43,478 bases of DNA from an uncultured Ruminococcus sp. (GCA_964461155.1 CAYWTG010000001.1:1-43478); one strand, 5' to 3'; counted from the stretch's first letter, positions 18,439 to 26,213 are shown. Numbers and translations are program-made. Notes: generated by a model from the sequence alone, not told the origin.

Positions 18439-19148
18439 CGAGCTCGCAGAGGCGATCGGCGCGGCGCAGACGGTCACGGAGCTTGACGACCTCTACCGCC
18501 CGTACCGTCCGAAAAGACGCACGCGCGCCTCGGTCGCTCGCGAACGCGGCCTTGAGGGACTCGCGAAGCTCATCACCGAACAGGAAACAGGCGTCGATAT
18601 CAACGCGGCCGCAGCCGAATACGTAAACGCGGAGCTCGGCGTGGAAGACGCGCAGAGCGCGATTGCGGGCGCGTGCGACATCATAGCCGAGGATATCTCC
18701 GACAACGCGGATTTCAGACGAGTCATTCGCACGATGACGCGCACTCGCGGCACGATCGAGTCAAAGAAGATCGCGGACGGCGCGACCTACGAGCAGTATT
18801 ACGAATACAGCGAGCCGCTGTCGAAGATACCGCCGCACCGCGTGCTCGCGCTCAACCGCGCGGAAAAAGAGGGAGTTCTCAAAGTCACCGTGCTCCCACC
18901 GAGAGAGAATATTCTCTCGTATCTCGAGGGAGAAGTGATAAAAAATCAGGACAGTCCCGCATCCGCTCTCCTGAAAGCGACGAGCGAGGACAGCTACGAC
19001 AGACTCATTGCGCCGTCGGTCGAGCGAGAGATACGCGCGGAGCTGTTCGACGCGGCGTCGGAGTCGGCGATAGCACTTTTCTCGAAGAATCTTCGCGGGC
19101 TTTTAATGCAGGCACCGATCAAGGGAAAGACCGTTCTCGGATACGACC
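18439..19148 (+). repeat. Tandem duplication, copy 2 (710 bp)
   Basis: Identical to 17729-18438. There is 1 nt of junction microhomology: c at 17729, 18439 and 19149. Confidence 0.97.
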
Positions 19149-20389
19149 CCGGTTACAGAACGGGATGTAAGCTTGCCGTCGTCAGCCCCACCGGAAGCGT
19201 GCTCGATACGGCTGTCATCTATCCGACAAAGCCGCACGAGAAGATCGCGGAGTCGCGCCGCATAGTCGAGCGACTTATAAAGAAATACGGAGTCGACGTT
19301 GTCGCCATCGGTAACGGCACGGCATCGGGCGAGAGCGAGATGTTTATCGCGGAGCTGCTCGGTGATATGAAGTGCGACACGAAGTACGTCATCGTATCGG
19401 AGGCGGGCGCGTCGGTTTATTCCGCTTCAAAGACGGGGGCCGAGGAGTTCCCCGAATTTGATGTAACGCAGCGCAGCGCGGTGTCGATAGCACGCCGACT
19501 GCAAGACCCGCTGGCGGAGCTTGTGAAGATCGAGCCGAAATCGATCGGCGTCGGACAGTATCAGCACGATATGAAAGAGGCGAGACTTAACGAGGCACTC
19601 GGCGGCGTCGTCGAAAGCTGCGTAAACTCGGTCGGCGTCGATCTCAACACCGCGTCGTATTCGCTTCTCTCGTATATCGCGGGAATAAATATCACAAGTG
19701 CCAAGAATATTGTGAAATACCGCGACGCAAACGGAGCGTTTTCGACCCGAGAGGGCGTTTTGAAGGTGCCGCGCTTCGGAGCGAAGGCTTATGAGCAGGC
19801 GGCGGGCTTCTTGCGAGTCGCCGACTCGCGTGAGGTGCTCGACAACACGGGAGTTCACCCCGAGTCGTACGGCACGGCACGCGCACTTCTCGAGCTCTTC
19901 GGATATACCGAGGACGACGTGCGCGACGGAAAGCTCACGGATCTTGACGCGCGTGTAAAGAAAGAGGGCGCGTCGCGCATTGCGGAACGCCTCGGTTGCG
20001 GAGTCCCGACGCTTAATGACATCGTCGGCGAGCTGATGAAGCCGGGACGCGACGTGAGAGACTCGCTCCCGCCCGTGCAGCTCAAAGAGCGCGTGCTCAC
20101 AATCGACGAGCTCACCGAGGGAATGGAGCTTTCGGGCGTAGTCAGAAATGTCATAGACTTCGGCGCGTTTGTCGACATCGGAGTGCATCAGGACGGACTT
20201 GTCCACATCTCGCAGATATCGGATAAATTCATAAAGCATCCCTCCGAGGTGCTGTCCGTCGGCATGAACGTAAAGGTGCGCGTGCTCAGCATTGACCGCG
20301 CTCGCGGCAGAATCGGCCTCACGATGAAGAAAAAGTGATCATTCGCGAGGACAAAGTGACGAATTTATAAGTTTTTTTCGTCAAAGACG

Positions 20390-20418
20390 TTGACAGATGT
20401 GTTAAGACGTGATATAAT
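20390..20418 (+). promoter_or_regulatory. Orphan consensus sigma-A promoter with no protein gene downstream
   Basis: TTGACA (20390-20395), 17-nt spacer, TATAAT (20413-20418). The next protein gene is convergent, on the minus strand. Confidence 0.65.
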
Positions 20419-20424
20419 GTGAGC

Positions 20425-20557
20425 AGAGGAAAAGTATTTAACAAAGCGCGATACCGACCGGAGCTGTCCCCCATGTTTGCGGCAGATGTCCTTTGTTTAA
20501 GGTAATAGTTAAAAAGGACACACGGAGCCGCATTTCTGCAGAGACGTGTGCCCTTTT
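20425..20557 (+). ncRNA. Candidate small RNA running from the orphan promoter to the first hairpin (family not recognised; extent uncertain, may read through to 20722)
   Basis: A consensus promoter lies upstream. The hairpin at 20516-20553 is followed by TTTT. The only ORF is a 10-codon peptide. Confidence 0.3.
20516..20553. terminator. Bidirectional terminator-like hairpin
   Basis: ggacacacg...cgtgtgccc stem with one mismatch, A5 upstream and T4 downstream. Confidence 0.5.
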
Positions 20558-20678
20558 GCTTATTCGGAAAAGAAAGAGAGCGAAATGAAATCAAGGCTCC
20601 GTTTTCGGAAGACGAACATCTGAAATGACCTACCGAAAAGTCAAAATAATATCTTCGTTCCGTCTTATTCTTCATAAA

Positions 20679-20720
20679 AGCCGATCCCCCACCGTTTAAC
20701 ACCGCGGTGGGGGATCGGCT
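20679..20720. terminator. Strong bidirectional intrinsic terminator
   Basis: agccgatcccccaccg...cggtgggggatcggct 16-bp stem, flanked by AAAA and TTTT. It lies directly after the stop of the minus-strand oxidoreductase gene. Confidence 0.85.
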
Positions 20721-20728
20721 TTTGTGCC

Positions 20729-21982
20729 TTATTCTTTGTTTTCGAGCTTCTCGAGATATTTTTTCTCGACCTCGCGGTAGACTTCGTCCGGAATGTCGGG
20801 TGTGCCGCCTACGGCTGTGGGAAGAAGCATATCTCCCGCCTTTTCGGGCGTTACGCACGCTGTGTCGGATCTCCACTTCTCGCGCTCTTCGGGCAAGCGG
20901 AGATTCGGGATCTCGGTCGGAACACCGCCGGCAAGCACCGAGCGGTAAGCGAACATTCCCGGCAAGAACATATCGAGTGCTTCGTAAACGTCGATCGTGT
21001 CGGCGTCTTCGTTTCCGAGGATGCGCTCGACGAAATTATACATCGCGTAGAAGTCGGAGCTTCCGTGGCCGAACGGGCGCGCAAGCTCGTCCTGCGGTCT
21101 TTCGGGGAGATAAGTCTCGAGCTTTCCCGTGTCGTACTTTCCCGATTCCTCGTCGACGTTCAAATAAACTCTCGCCACGTGGTCGCACTGTGCGTCCTCA
21201 CGAGCGCATTCAACACGACCGCGACCGCCGTACATCGTGTACCAGATCGAGTCCTTGTAAAGATTTCCGTGGATGCTCTTTACGATGCCTCCGTTTTCGA
21301 GAGTTACCATCTCGATGCCGAACTGTCCGCCCTTTGCGCCGTCGCGAAGATTTCTCTCGGTCATGCGGCTCTCGAAGCCCGTGACGCTGACGGGTCTGAG
21401 CCCCGTGGCATGGATGATCGGACCGAGCGAGTGAGTGCAGTAGAATGTGGAGTACATATTGTTTCTCCAGTGGTCGCGCACGCCGTAGGTGATCTCGGGC
21501 CAAATGGGCTCGCAGTTGTGGATGTACTCGCCCTCGCCGTACTCAAATTCGCCGATGACGCCCTCACGGTAGAGGCGTTTCATCTCGGCGGGAGCGGGCA
21601 TAAAGCAGTAGTTTTCGCCATAAGCGTAGATCTTTCCCGTTTTCTCGACAGTCTCGATGAGCTCGACCGCCTCTTTCATCGTCTCTACGGGGAGAACCTC
21701 GGAGAAAACGTGAAGTCCCGCGTTCATCGCGCGGATGGCAAACGGCGCGTGATCCGTGGCGAAGTTCGCAAGCACGACGGCGTCCATGTCATGCTTTATG
21801 AACTCGTCAAACGAGTCGTAAAAGGCAACATTGTCCTCGGCGTGATTCTTTTTCTGCTCTTCGAGAAGCTCCGGATTGTTGTCGCAGATCGCCACAAGCT
21901 CGGAATTGTCCGATTTCTTGCAGTAGTTGATCATACTTGAGCCGCGTCGAGCACCGACGACGCCGATTCTGACTTTTTTCAT
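20729..21982 (-). CDS. Gfo/Idh/MocA family oxidoreductase
   Basis: I chose the start at the ATG with a GGAGG RBS, giving MKKVRIGVVGARRGSS, a Rossmann N-terminus. The ORF-track start at 22066 has no RBS. Confidence 0.85.
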   Translation of the reverse strand: MKKVRIGVVGARRGSSMINYCKKSDNSELVAICDNNPELLEEQKKNHAEDNVAFYDSFDEFIKHDMDAVVLANFATDHAPFAIRAMNAGLHVFSEVLPVETMKEAVELIETVEKTGKIYAYGENYCFMPAPAEMKRLYREGVIGEFEYGEGEYIHNCEPIWPEITYGVRDHWRNNMYSTFYCTHSLGPIIHATGLRPVSVTGFESRMTERNLRDGAKGGQFGIEMVTLENGGIVKSIHGNLYKDSIWYTMYGGRGRVECAREDAQCDHVARVYLNVDEESGKYDTGKLETYLPERPQDELARPFGHGSSDFYAMYNFVERILGNEDADTIDVYEALDMFLPGMFAYRSVLAGGVPTEIPNLRLPEEREKWRSDTACVTPEKAGDMLLPTAVGGTPDIPDEVYREVEKKYLEKLENKE

Positions 21983-22156
21983 TGGATTTTGACCTCCGTG
22001 AATAAAAAAATATTCGTTTCGCGCGGCATTTCGCGCGATAAATTTAAGTTTTTGATGCAGCGGCAAAAAGTTTTCAACATTTTATGCGGAAAACTTTTTT
22101 CTCTCGCCGAAAGAGTTGCATTTTAAGCTTTCACACGCGGGAAACTTCAGCCGTTA

Positions 22157-22726
22157 TCATTTGCGGCGTTTTTTTCTTACGGAATATCCGAACGAGCCGA
22201 TCTTCTTGCCGAGTGCGAAGTACGAGCCGTGCGCATACGCAGCGAGGGCGCATTTTTCGACGTGGAACTTGCCTCTCTCGTCGATATATCTCTCGTCAAC
22301 GTCAACGGCGACGATGTCAGCCATGAACATATCGTGACTGCCGAGCGGGATAATGTCGGTCACGCGGCACTCGATCGACACGGGACTCTCGGCGACCGAG
22401 GGGCAGGCGACCTCGAAGGCCTTTTCGCGCGTCAGGTGACACTGCTCGAACTTGTCAAGGTCGCGTCCGCTTCTGACGCCGCAGAAGTCGATCGATCTTA
22501 TAATATGCGACGACGGAAGATTTACTATGAACTCGCCGGTCTCCTTTACGATGTCATATGAATAACGCTCGGGTCTGAGCGAGATGTACGTCTTCGGCGG
22601 GTCGGAACACAAAATTCCCGTCCATGCCACCGTGATGAGATTGTCGCGCTCTCCGTCGCCTACGGAAACAAGCGCGGGGGGCAGGGGAGCGGTCAGCGTG
22701 CCGCCTTTCCACTTTTGCTTTGCCAT
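22157..22726 (-). CDS. Flavin reductase-like (FMN-binding split barrel) protein
   Basis: MAKQKWKGGTLTAPLPPALVSVGDGERDNLITVAWTGILCSDPP...FIVNLPS is typical of the flavin reductase-like domain. The start at 22726 has an aaagga RBS. Confidence 0.85.
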   Translation of the reverse strand: MAKQKWKGGTLTAPLPPALVSVGDGERDNLITVAWTGILCSDPPKTYISLRPERYSYDIVKETGEFIVNLPSSHIIRSIDFCGVRSGRDLDKFEQCHLTREKAFEVACPSVAESPVSIECRVTDIIPLGSHDMFMADIVAVDVDERYIDERGKFHVEKCALAAYAHGSYFALGKKIGSFGYSVRKKRRK

Positions 22727-22748
22727 TTTGAGAATCCTTTCATTAGTA

Positions 22749-22778
22749 AAATTTGCGGAGACAAGTCTCCGCAAATTT
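22749..22778. terminator. Perfect palindrome (14-bp arms): terminator of the upstream minus-strand operon and/or an operator in the flavin-reductase leader
   Basis: aaatttgcggagac-aa-gtctccgcaaattt. It lies between the stop at 22862 and the start at 22726. Confidence 0.5.
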
Positions 22779-22861
22779 GCAGGATATCAGTATGTTCGTC
22801 TTAAATGAGTCGGACACCCGAGAGTTTGTGCGATGTCGAGATGTCATATATCAATGTCTGA

Positions 22862-23533
22862 TCAATACGTTGGGTCGTCGAGACGCCAACCGTTCGGGGT
22901 GTATTCCACGGTGAAGCGGACAGTGTCGTCCGGCACGCCGTCGACAAAGGAGTCGAGCTCGATGACGGCCTTTTTGCGGTAAGTTTTCTTTACGCGCACG
23001 TTTGACGTGTCATATGTGCGATTCAGCGTGATGCGCTCGTCATCGTCTACATAGCGCACGATGAGCTGCCCTTCGTATGTGAGATAACGCGCGGGTATCT
23101 GCACGAGCTCAGAGACCGTGTCGTCGTCGCCGAAGTCGACGTTCTGACCGATGAACGCTTTCTCGAAGAGAAAAGCGCAATAGTCCTCCGTGTAAACCGC
23201 AAGCGCGGCCTCGCGAATTTCCGCCTCCGACTTATACGGGCTGTCCTCCGACAGCGCGGAGTATTTGTCGCCCATCAGCTCATCCGTGTCGTCGTAGCCG
23301 ATCGTCGGAAGACCGTCGCCGAAGAAGACGGTGTTTATCTCATAAGATGCCTCGATGAGCTCGGCTACTGCCACGGGAAGCTCATCCGCGTCATACAGCG
23401 GAGTGCAACCGTACATAATGCCGATTACGCCGAAAATAACGCAAAGTGCGACGGCGCAAGCGATCACGACCGTGCGATTTTTCGCCGTCCGTCCGCCGTT
23501 CGAGGGCTTGTCTGTATTTGTTTTGTCTTTCAT
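22862..23533 (-). CDS. Membrane-anchored hypothetical protein (start either ATG 23533 or TTG 23569)
   Basis: Single TM VVIACAVALCVIFGVIGIMYG followed by a soluble domain. It is the last gene of the MinD-like / MGS-like operon. Confidence 0.6.
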   Translation of the reverse strand: MKDKTNTDKPSNGGRTAKNRTVVIACAVALCVIFGVIGIMYGCTPLYDADELPVAVAELIEASYEINTVFFGDGLPTIGYDDTDELMGDKYSALSEDSPYKSEAEIREAALAVYTEDYCAFLFEKAFIGQNVDFGDDDTVSELVQIPARYLTYEGQLIVRYVDDDERITLNRTYDTSNVRVKKTYRKKAVIELDSFVDGVPDDTVRFTVEYTPNGWRLDDPTY

Positions 23534-23565
23534 TTCGTCCGATGACACCGAATGCCGCTTTGGGA

Positions 23566-24009
23566 TCAATAAAGAATGCCGCGACGGCGTCTGTTGTAGT
23601 CGGAGCGGGGGTTGATGATCTCACGCCAGTCAAGGTCACCGCGCTCGAGCGAGCAGATGAGCACCTCTGCCGTGGCGATGTTCGTCGCAACGGGGACGTT
23701 GTGAACGTCGCACATACGGAGCAGGTTGTAGTCAGCCTCGCGGATGGCGGGATCCGTAACGGGAGCCGTGCTGCGGAAATACAAAAGCACGTCGATCTCG
23801 TTATATGAAATTTTGGACGTGATCTGCTGCTGACCGCCGTGTTCGCCGGCGAGGAGCTTTTCGATCTCGAGACCCGTAGCCTCCGACACATACTTTCCTG
23901 TCGTGCTCGTCGCACAGATATTGTGCTTCGAGAGGATTCCGCAGTACGCGATGCAGAATTGCGTCATAAGTTCCTTTTTTGTATCGTCTGCGATGAGAGC
24001 TATGTCCAT
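23566..24009 (-). CDS. Methylglyoxal synthase-like (MGS-like) domain protein with catalytic residues substituted
   Basis: MDIALIADDTKKELM...ATSTTGKYVSEATGLEIE...GGQQQI...VPVATNIATAEVL aligns by eye to MgsA. The start at 24009 has an aaagga RBS. The 317-aa track ORF is an upstream over-extension. Confidence 0.85.
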   Translation of the reverse strand: MDIALIADDTKKELMTQFCIAYCGILSKHNICATSTTGKYVSEATGLEIEKLLAGEHGGQQQITSKISYNEIDVLLYFRSTAPVTDPAIREADYNLLRMCDVHNVPVATNIATAEVLICSLERGDLDWREIINPRSDYNRRRRGILY

Positions 24010-24041
24010 GTTTTTGTATATCCTTTCATGTTGTTGTATTA

Positions 24042-24854
24042 CTACAGAATTGCTCTGCGGCGTTCTTTTTTCATTCCGTGGAAAAGCGGAGTTTGCACCC
24101 CTTGGATACGTCGCGCTATATTTGCCGCGGCAAGAGTTACGGGAGAGCGTTTGCCGACACTTTCGCCCGCGTCCTGAGCGGCGGGAAGATCGGCGTCTGT
24201 CGGTATCACGCCGATGCATTTGACGGCACAACCGTCTATCATGTCGAGGATGCCCGCGCGATGAGCTCGCCGCGCCGCCTCGGTATCGAAATTGTTTATA
24301 AGAAGTCTCACCTGAGAGATGCTTTCGGAGTTCATGAGCCGTGACGCCGATTCTTCGGCGGTGCGCAGAGCCGTTCTGCTTTGCTCGGAAACGACGATAC
24401 CGAGCTCGGCAAAGCCGTCCGCGATGACGGCGGGAATGCGGCTGTCGGCACCGGTGTCGCAGATAACGTAATCCGCGCCCGATTCGCGGCTGATGCGCTC
24501 GAGATATTCCGGGATGCACTCGTAGAGAGTGCCGCTCGATTCAAAGTCGGTCTCGCTCGGAGCGGGGCAGAGTTTGAGAAAACCCTCGCCTGTGCGCGAC
24601 GAGCTCGGCTTGATCGGTATATCGACAAGGAGCGAAGCTGCGGAGCAATGCCCCCTCATAAAATCTCCGAGGTTGAATATGACCCTGTCCGCCGCGCCGA
24701 GCATCAAATCAAGACTGCGCGAGCGAAAATCAAGGTCGACTATGACCGTTTTGTACCCATCGGCGGCAAGCGCGGTCGCAACGGCGCAGGACGCACTCGA
24801 TTTTCCGACACCGCCTTTGAGGGAGGAAAACAGTATTTTTCCGTTACGCATCAT
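24042..24854 (-). CDS. MinD/ParA-family P-loop ATPase
   Basis: Deviant Walker A SLKGGVGKSS followed by VIVDLDFRSRSLDLMLG. A GGGAGGA RBS precedes the ATG at 24854. Confidence 0.85.
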   Translation of the reverse strand: MMRNGKILFSSLKGGVGKSSASCAVATALAADGYKTVIVDLDFRSRSLDLMLGAADRVIFNLGDFMRGHCSAASLLVDIPIKPSSSRTGEGFLKLCPAPSETDFESSGTLYECIPEYLERISRESGADYVICDTGADSRIPAVIADGFAELGIVVSEQSRTALRTAEESASRLMNSESISQVRLLINNFDTEAARRAHRAGILDMIDGCAVKCIGVIPTDADLPAAQDAGESVGKRSPVTLAAANIARRIQGVQTPLFHGMKKERRRAIL

Positions 24855-24921
24855 GCTAAAATCCTCCCGATGGAATTTTAGTTGGGTCAAAAATACTAAA
24901 ATTTCAATACTATGCTCCTAA

Positions 24922-24951
24922 ATTATATCATTAATTCATACAGTATGTCAA
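24922..24951 (-). promoter_or_regulatory. Promoter of the MinD-like / MGS-like operon
   Basis: Minus strand reads TTGACA (24951-24946), 18-nt spacer, TATAAT (24927-24922). Confidence 0.65.
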
Positions 24952-24972
24952 GAGGATATGCAATTTTGCCTT

Positions 24973-25010
24973 ATATTTATTTTGAAAACGTTCTCTTTCG
25001 CGGGGCGGGG
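24973..25010 (+). repeat. 38-bp direct repeat, left copy
   Basis: atatttattttgaaaacgttctctttcgcggggcgggg is identical to 26074-26111. Confidence 0.95.
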
Positions 25011-25046
25011 AATATCGGCTTCGTTTTGCCGATTTATCTCCTCTTT

Positions 25047-25262
25047 TTAAGAGTTTGAAAATGCGCCTCTCGAATGCAGATAAATATCGATATCGCTGTT
25101 GATGTACTGTGCGCCCGTGGTGTGGAGCACGTCGTAAAATTCGCGGAGGTAGTCGAAAACCTCGTATTTCTCGAAAAGCTCGGCCACCTGCCGCCCCGTC
25201 AGGGCTCGGTGCGTTTTGTAGCTTTCCAAGCAGAATACCGTGAACTTTGTTTCGGCACTCAT
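25047..25262 (-). CDS. DUF3791-like small protein
   Basis: MSAETKFTVFCLESYKTHRALTGRQVAELFEKYEVFDYLREFYDVLHTTGAQYINSDIDIYL. An AAGGAG RBS lies 6 nt before the ATG at 25262. Confidence 0.75.
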   Translation of the reverse strand: MSAETKFTVFCLESYKTHRALTGRQVAELFEKYEVFDYLREFYDVLHTTGAQYINSDIDIYLHSRGAFSNS

Positions 25263-25272
25263 AACTTTCTCC

Positions 25273-25509
25273 TTATACATCGGGAAAATGTATCGTCCCG
25301 TGTTTCCATTCCTGTTCGAGAAGAGAATAAAGCATCGGCGTGCTGTATTGCCAGAGCTTTGTTTCTTCGTTTTCGAGAGAGGAATAAAGCTTTGACGAGT
25401 ACAGAAGCTTTATTCCCTCATTTTCCGAAACGCCGCGTTTCGCCACGATCATGCTTATGACATCCGCGCTGATGATCGGGAGCATTGCGTTGAACTGTTC
25501 TTTTCCCAT
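25273..25509 (-). CDS. DUF3791-like small protein (second, divergent copy)
   Basis: 78 aa and helical, with the ...SSKLYSSLENEETKLWQYSTPMLYSLLEQE pattern. A GAGGTG RBS is present and the gap to the upstream gene's stop is 1 nt. Confidence 0.65.
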   Translation of the reverse strand: MGKEQFNAMLPIISADVISMIVAKRGVSENEGIKLLYSSKLYSSLENEETKLWQYSTPMLYSLLEQEWKHGTIHFPDV

Positions 25510-25510
25510 A

Positions 25511-25996
25511 TCACTTCACCTCTCTGTATTCGGCGAAGCGCAGGTGCGACAGTGCTTTTTTCGTGTGGAAAGTCCACTGATCGTGAAGCACCTCGGTCTT
25601 CAGCCTTTTTACCGTTTCTTCCGCGTCATACACGCCCGTCTCGAAAAAACGGATCGACTGATAAACATTGTCATCGGCTACCGGACCGATATGCATATCC
25701 GCAGTATTGTCAAACACTATGCCGCGTCGATTGTCGACGACGAACATAAGCCATTCAAGGTCTGCCGATTCAAACTTTTTTATGTTTATGCTCTCTTTTG
25801 CGCTCTCATAGTCAAATTCATAAGTTGACACATAGCCGACCGTTTTGTCCTCGCGACGCATTTTGATTTTTGCCCAACGCTCTGCCTGCTCATAGGAAGT
25901 CGTGGTGTAGAATCCGATTCCGAAATCGAGAAAGTTTTCACCCGCGCGTATTTTCGGAGCTTCAACCAAAACCGTACTGCCGTGATAGATAATCAT
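25511..25996 (-). CDS. DUF3990-like protein with an ADP-ribosyltransferase-like H-Y-E motif pattern
   Basis: MIIYHGS (H5), FGIGFYTTT (Y30), VSTYEFDY (E60). GGAGGA lies 6 nt before the ATG at 25996. Confidence 0.75.
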   Translation of the reverse strand: MIIYHGSTVLVEAPKIRAGENFLDFGIGFYTTTSYEQAERWAKIKMRREDKTVGYVSTYEFDYESAKESINIKKFESADLEWLMFVVDNRRGIVFDNTADMHIGPVADDNVYQSIRFFETGVYDAEETVKRLKTEVLHDQWTFHTKKALSHLRFAEYREVK

Positions 25997-26032
25997 CAAA
26001 GTTCCTCCGATTTATTTTTGTCTTCCGTACAT

Positions 26033-26061
26033 ATTATACCACACATCGAGCTCGGCTCCAA
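26033..26061 (-). promoter_or_regulatory. Cassette-internal promoter for the DUF3990/DUF3791 operon
   Basis: Minus strand reads TTGGAG, 17 nt, then TGGTATAAT (extended -10). It lies inside the unique region between the 38-bp repeats. Confidence 0.55.
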
Positions 26062-26073
26062 GAGTTCCTCACG

Positions 26074-26111
26074 ATATTTATTTTGAAAACGTTCTCTTTC
26101 GCGGGGCGGGG
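26074..26111 (+). repeat. 38-bp direct repeat, right copy
   Basis: Identical to 24973-25010. The offset between copies is 1101 bp. Confidence 0.95.
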
Positions 26112-26144
26112 GAATTTGCCTTGCGAGAATATTTCGTCCATGTC

Positions 26145-26173
26145 TTGCAATAGTGCGCGAAATATGGTAGAAT
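26145..26173 (+). promoter_or_regulatory. Promoter of the second oxidoreductase gene
   Basis: TTGCAA, 17 nt ending in TGG, then TAGAAT. Confidence 0.6.
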
Positions 26174-26213
26174 AACAAAAGAAAATTTTTTGATCCGAAA
26201 GGAAAAGTAAAAA

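Larger units (their letters stand above)
17484..20338 (+). pseudogene. tex: tex (transcription accessory protein, S1 domain), disrupted as assembled by an internal 710-bp tandem duplication
   Basis: N-terminus MTINERLAEELDIRQKQADAAVELLDAGNTVPFISRYRKE. C-terminal S1 domain GVVRNVIDFGAFVDIGVHQDGLVHISQ. The frame breaks at 18438/18439 because 710 = 3x236+2, so the first frame stops at 18626. Removing one copy restores a 714-aa ORF. Confidence 0.85.

Noticed and set aside
17963-20338. 791-aa ORF reported as one protein
   Set aside because: Its first ~159 residues are an out-of-frame reading of duplication copy 1 (arginine-rich nonsense). Only the part from 18439 onward is genuine Tex sequence. 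The ORF is an artefact of the 710-bp duplication, not a real start.
20319-21384. 185-aa (minus) and 225-aa (plus) ORFs spanning the 20.3-20.9 kb intergenic region
   Set aside because: They run straight through strong terminator hairpins and a promoter. They are arginine- and serine-rich nonsense and partly antisense to the oxidoreductase gene.
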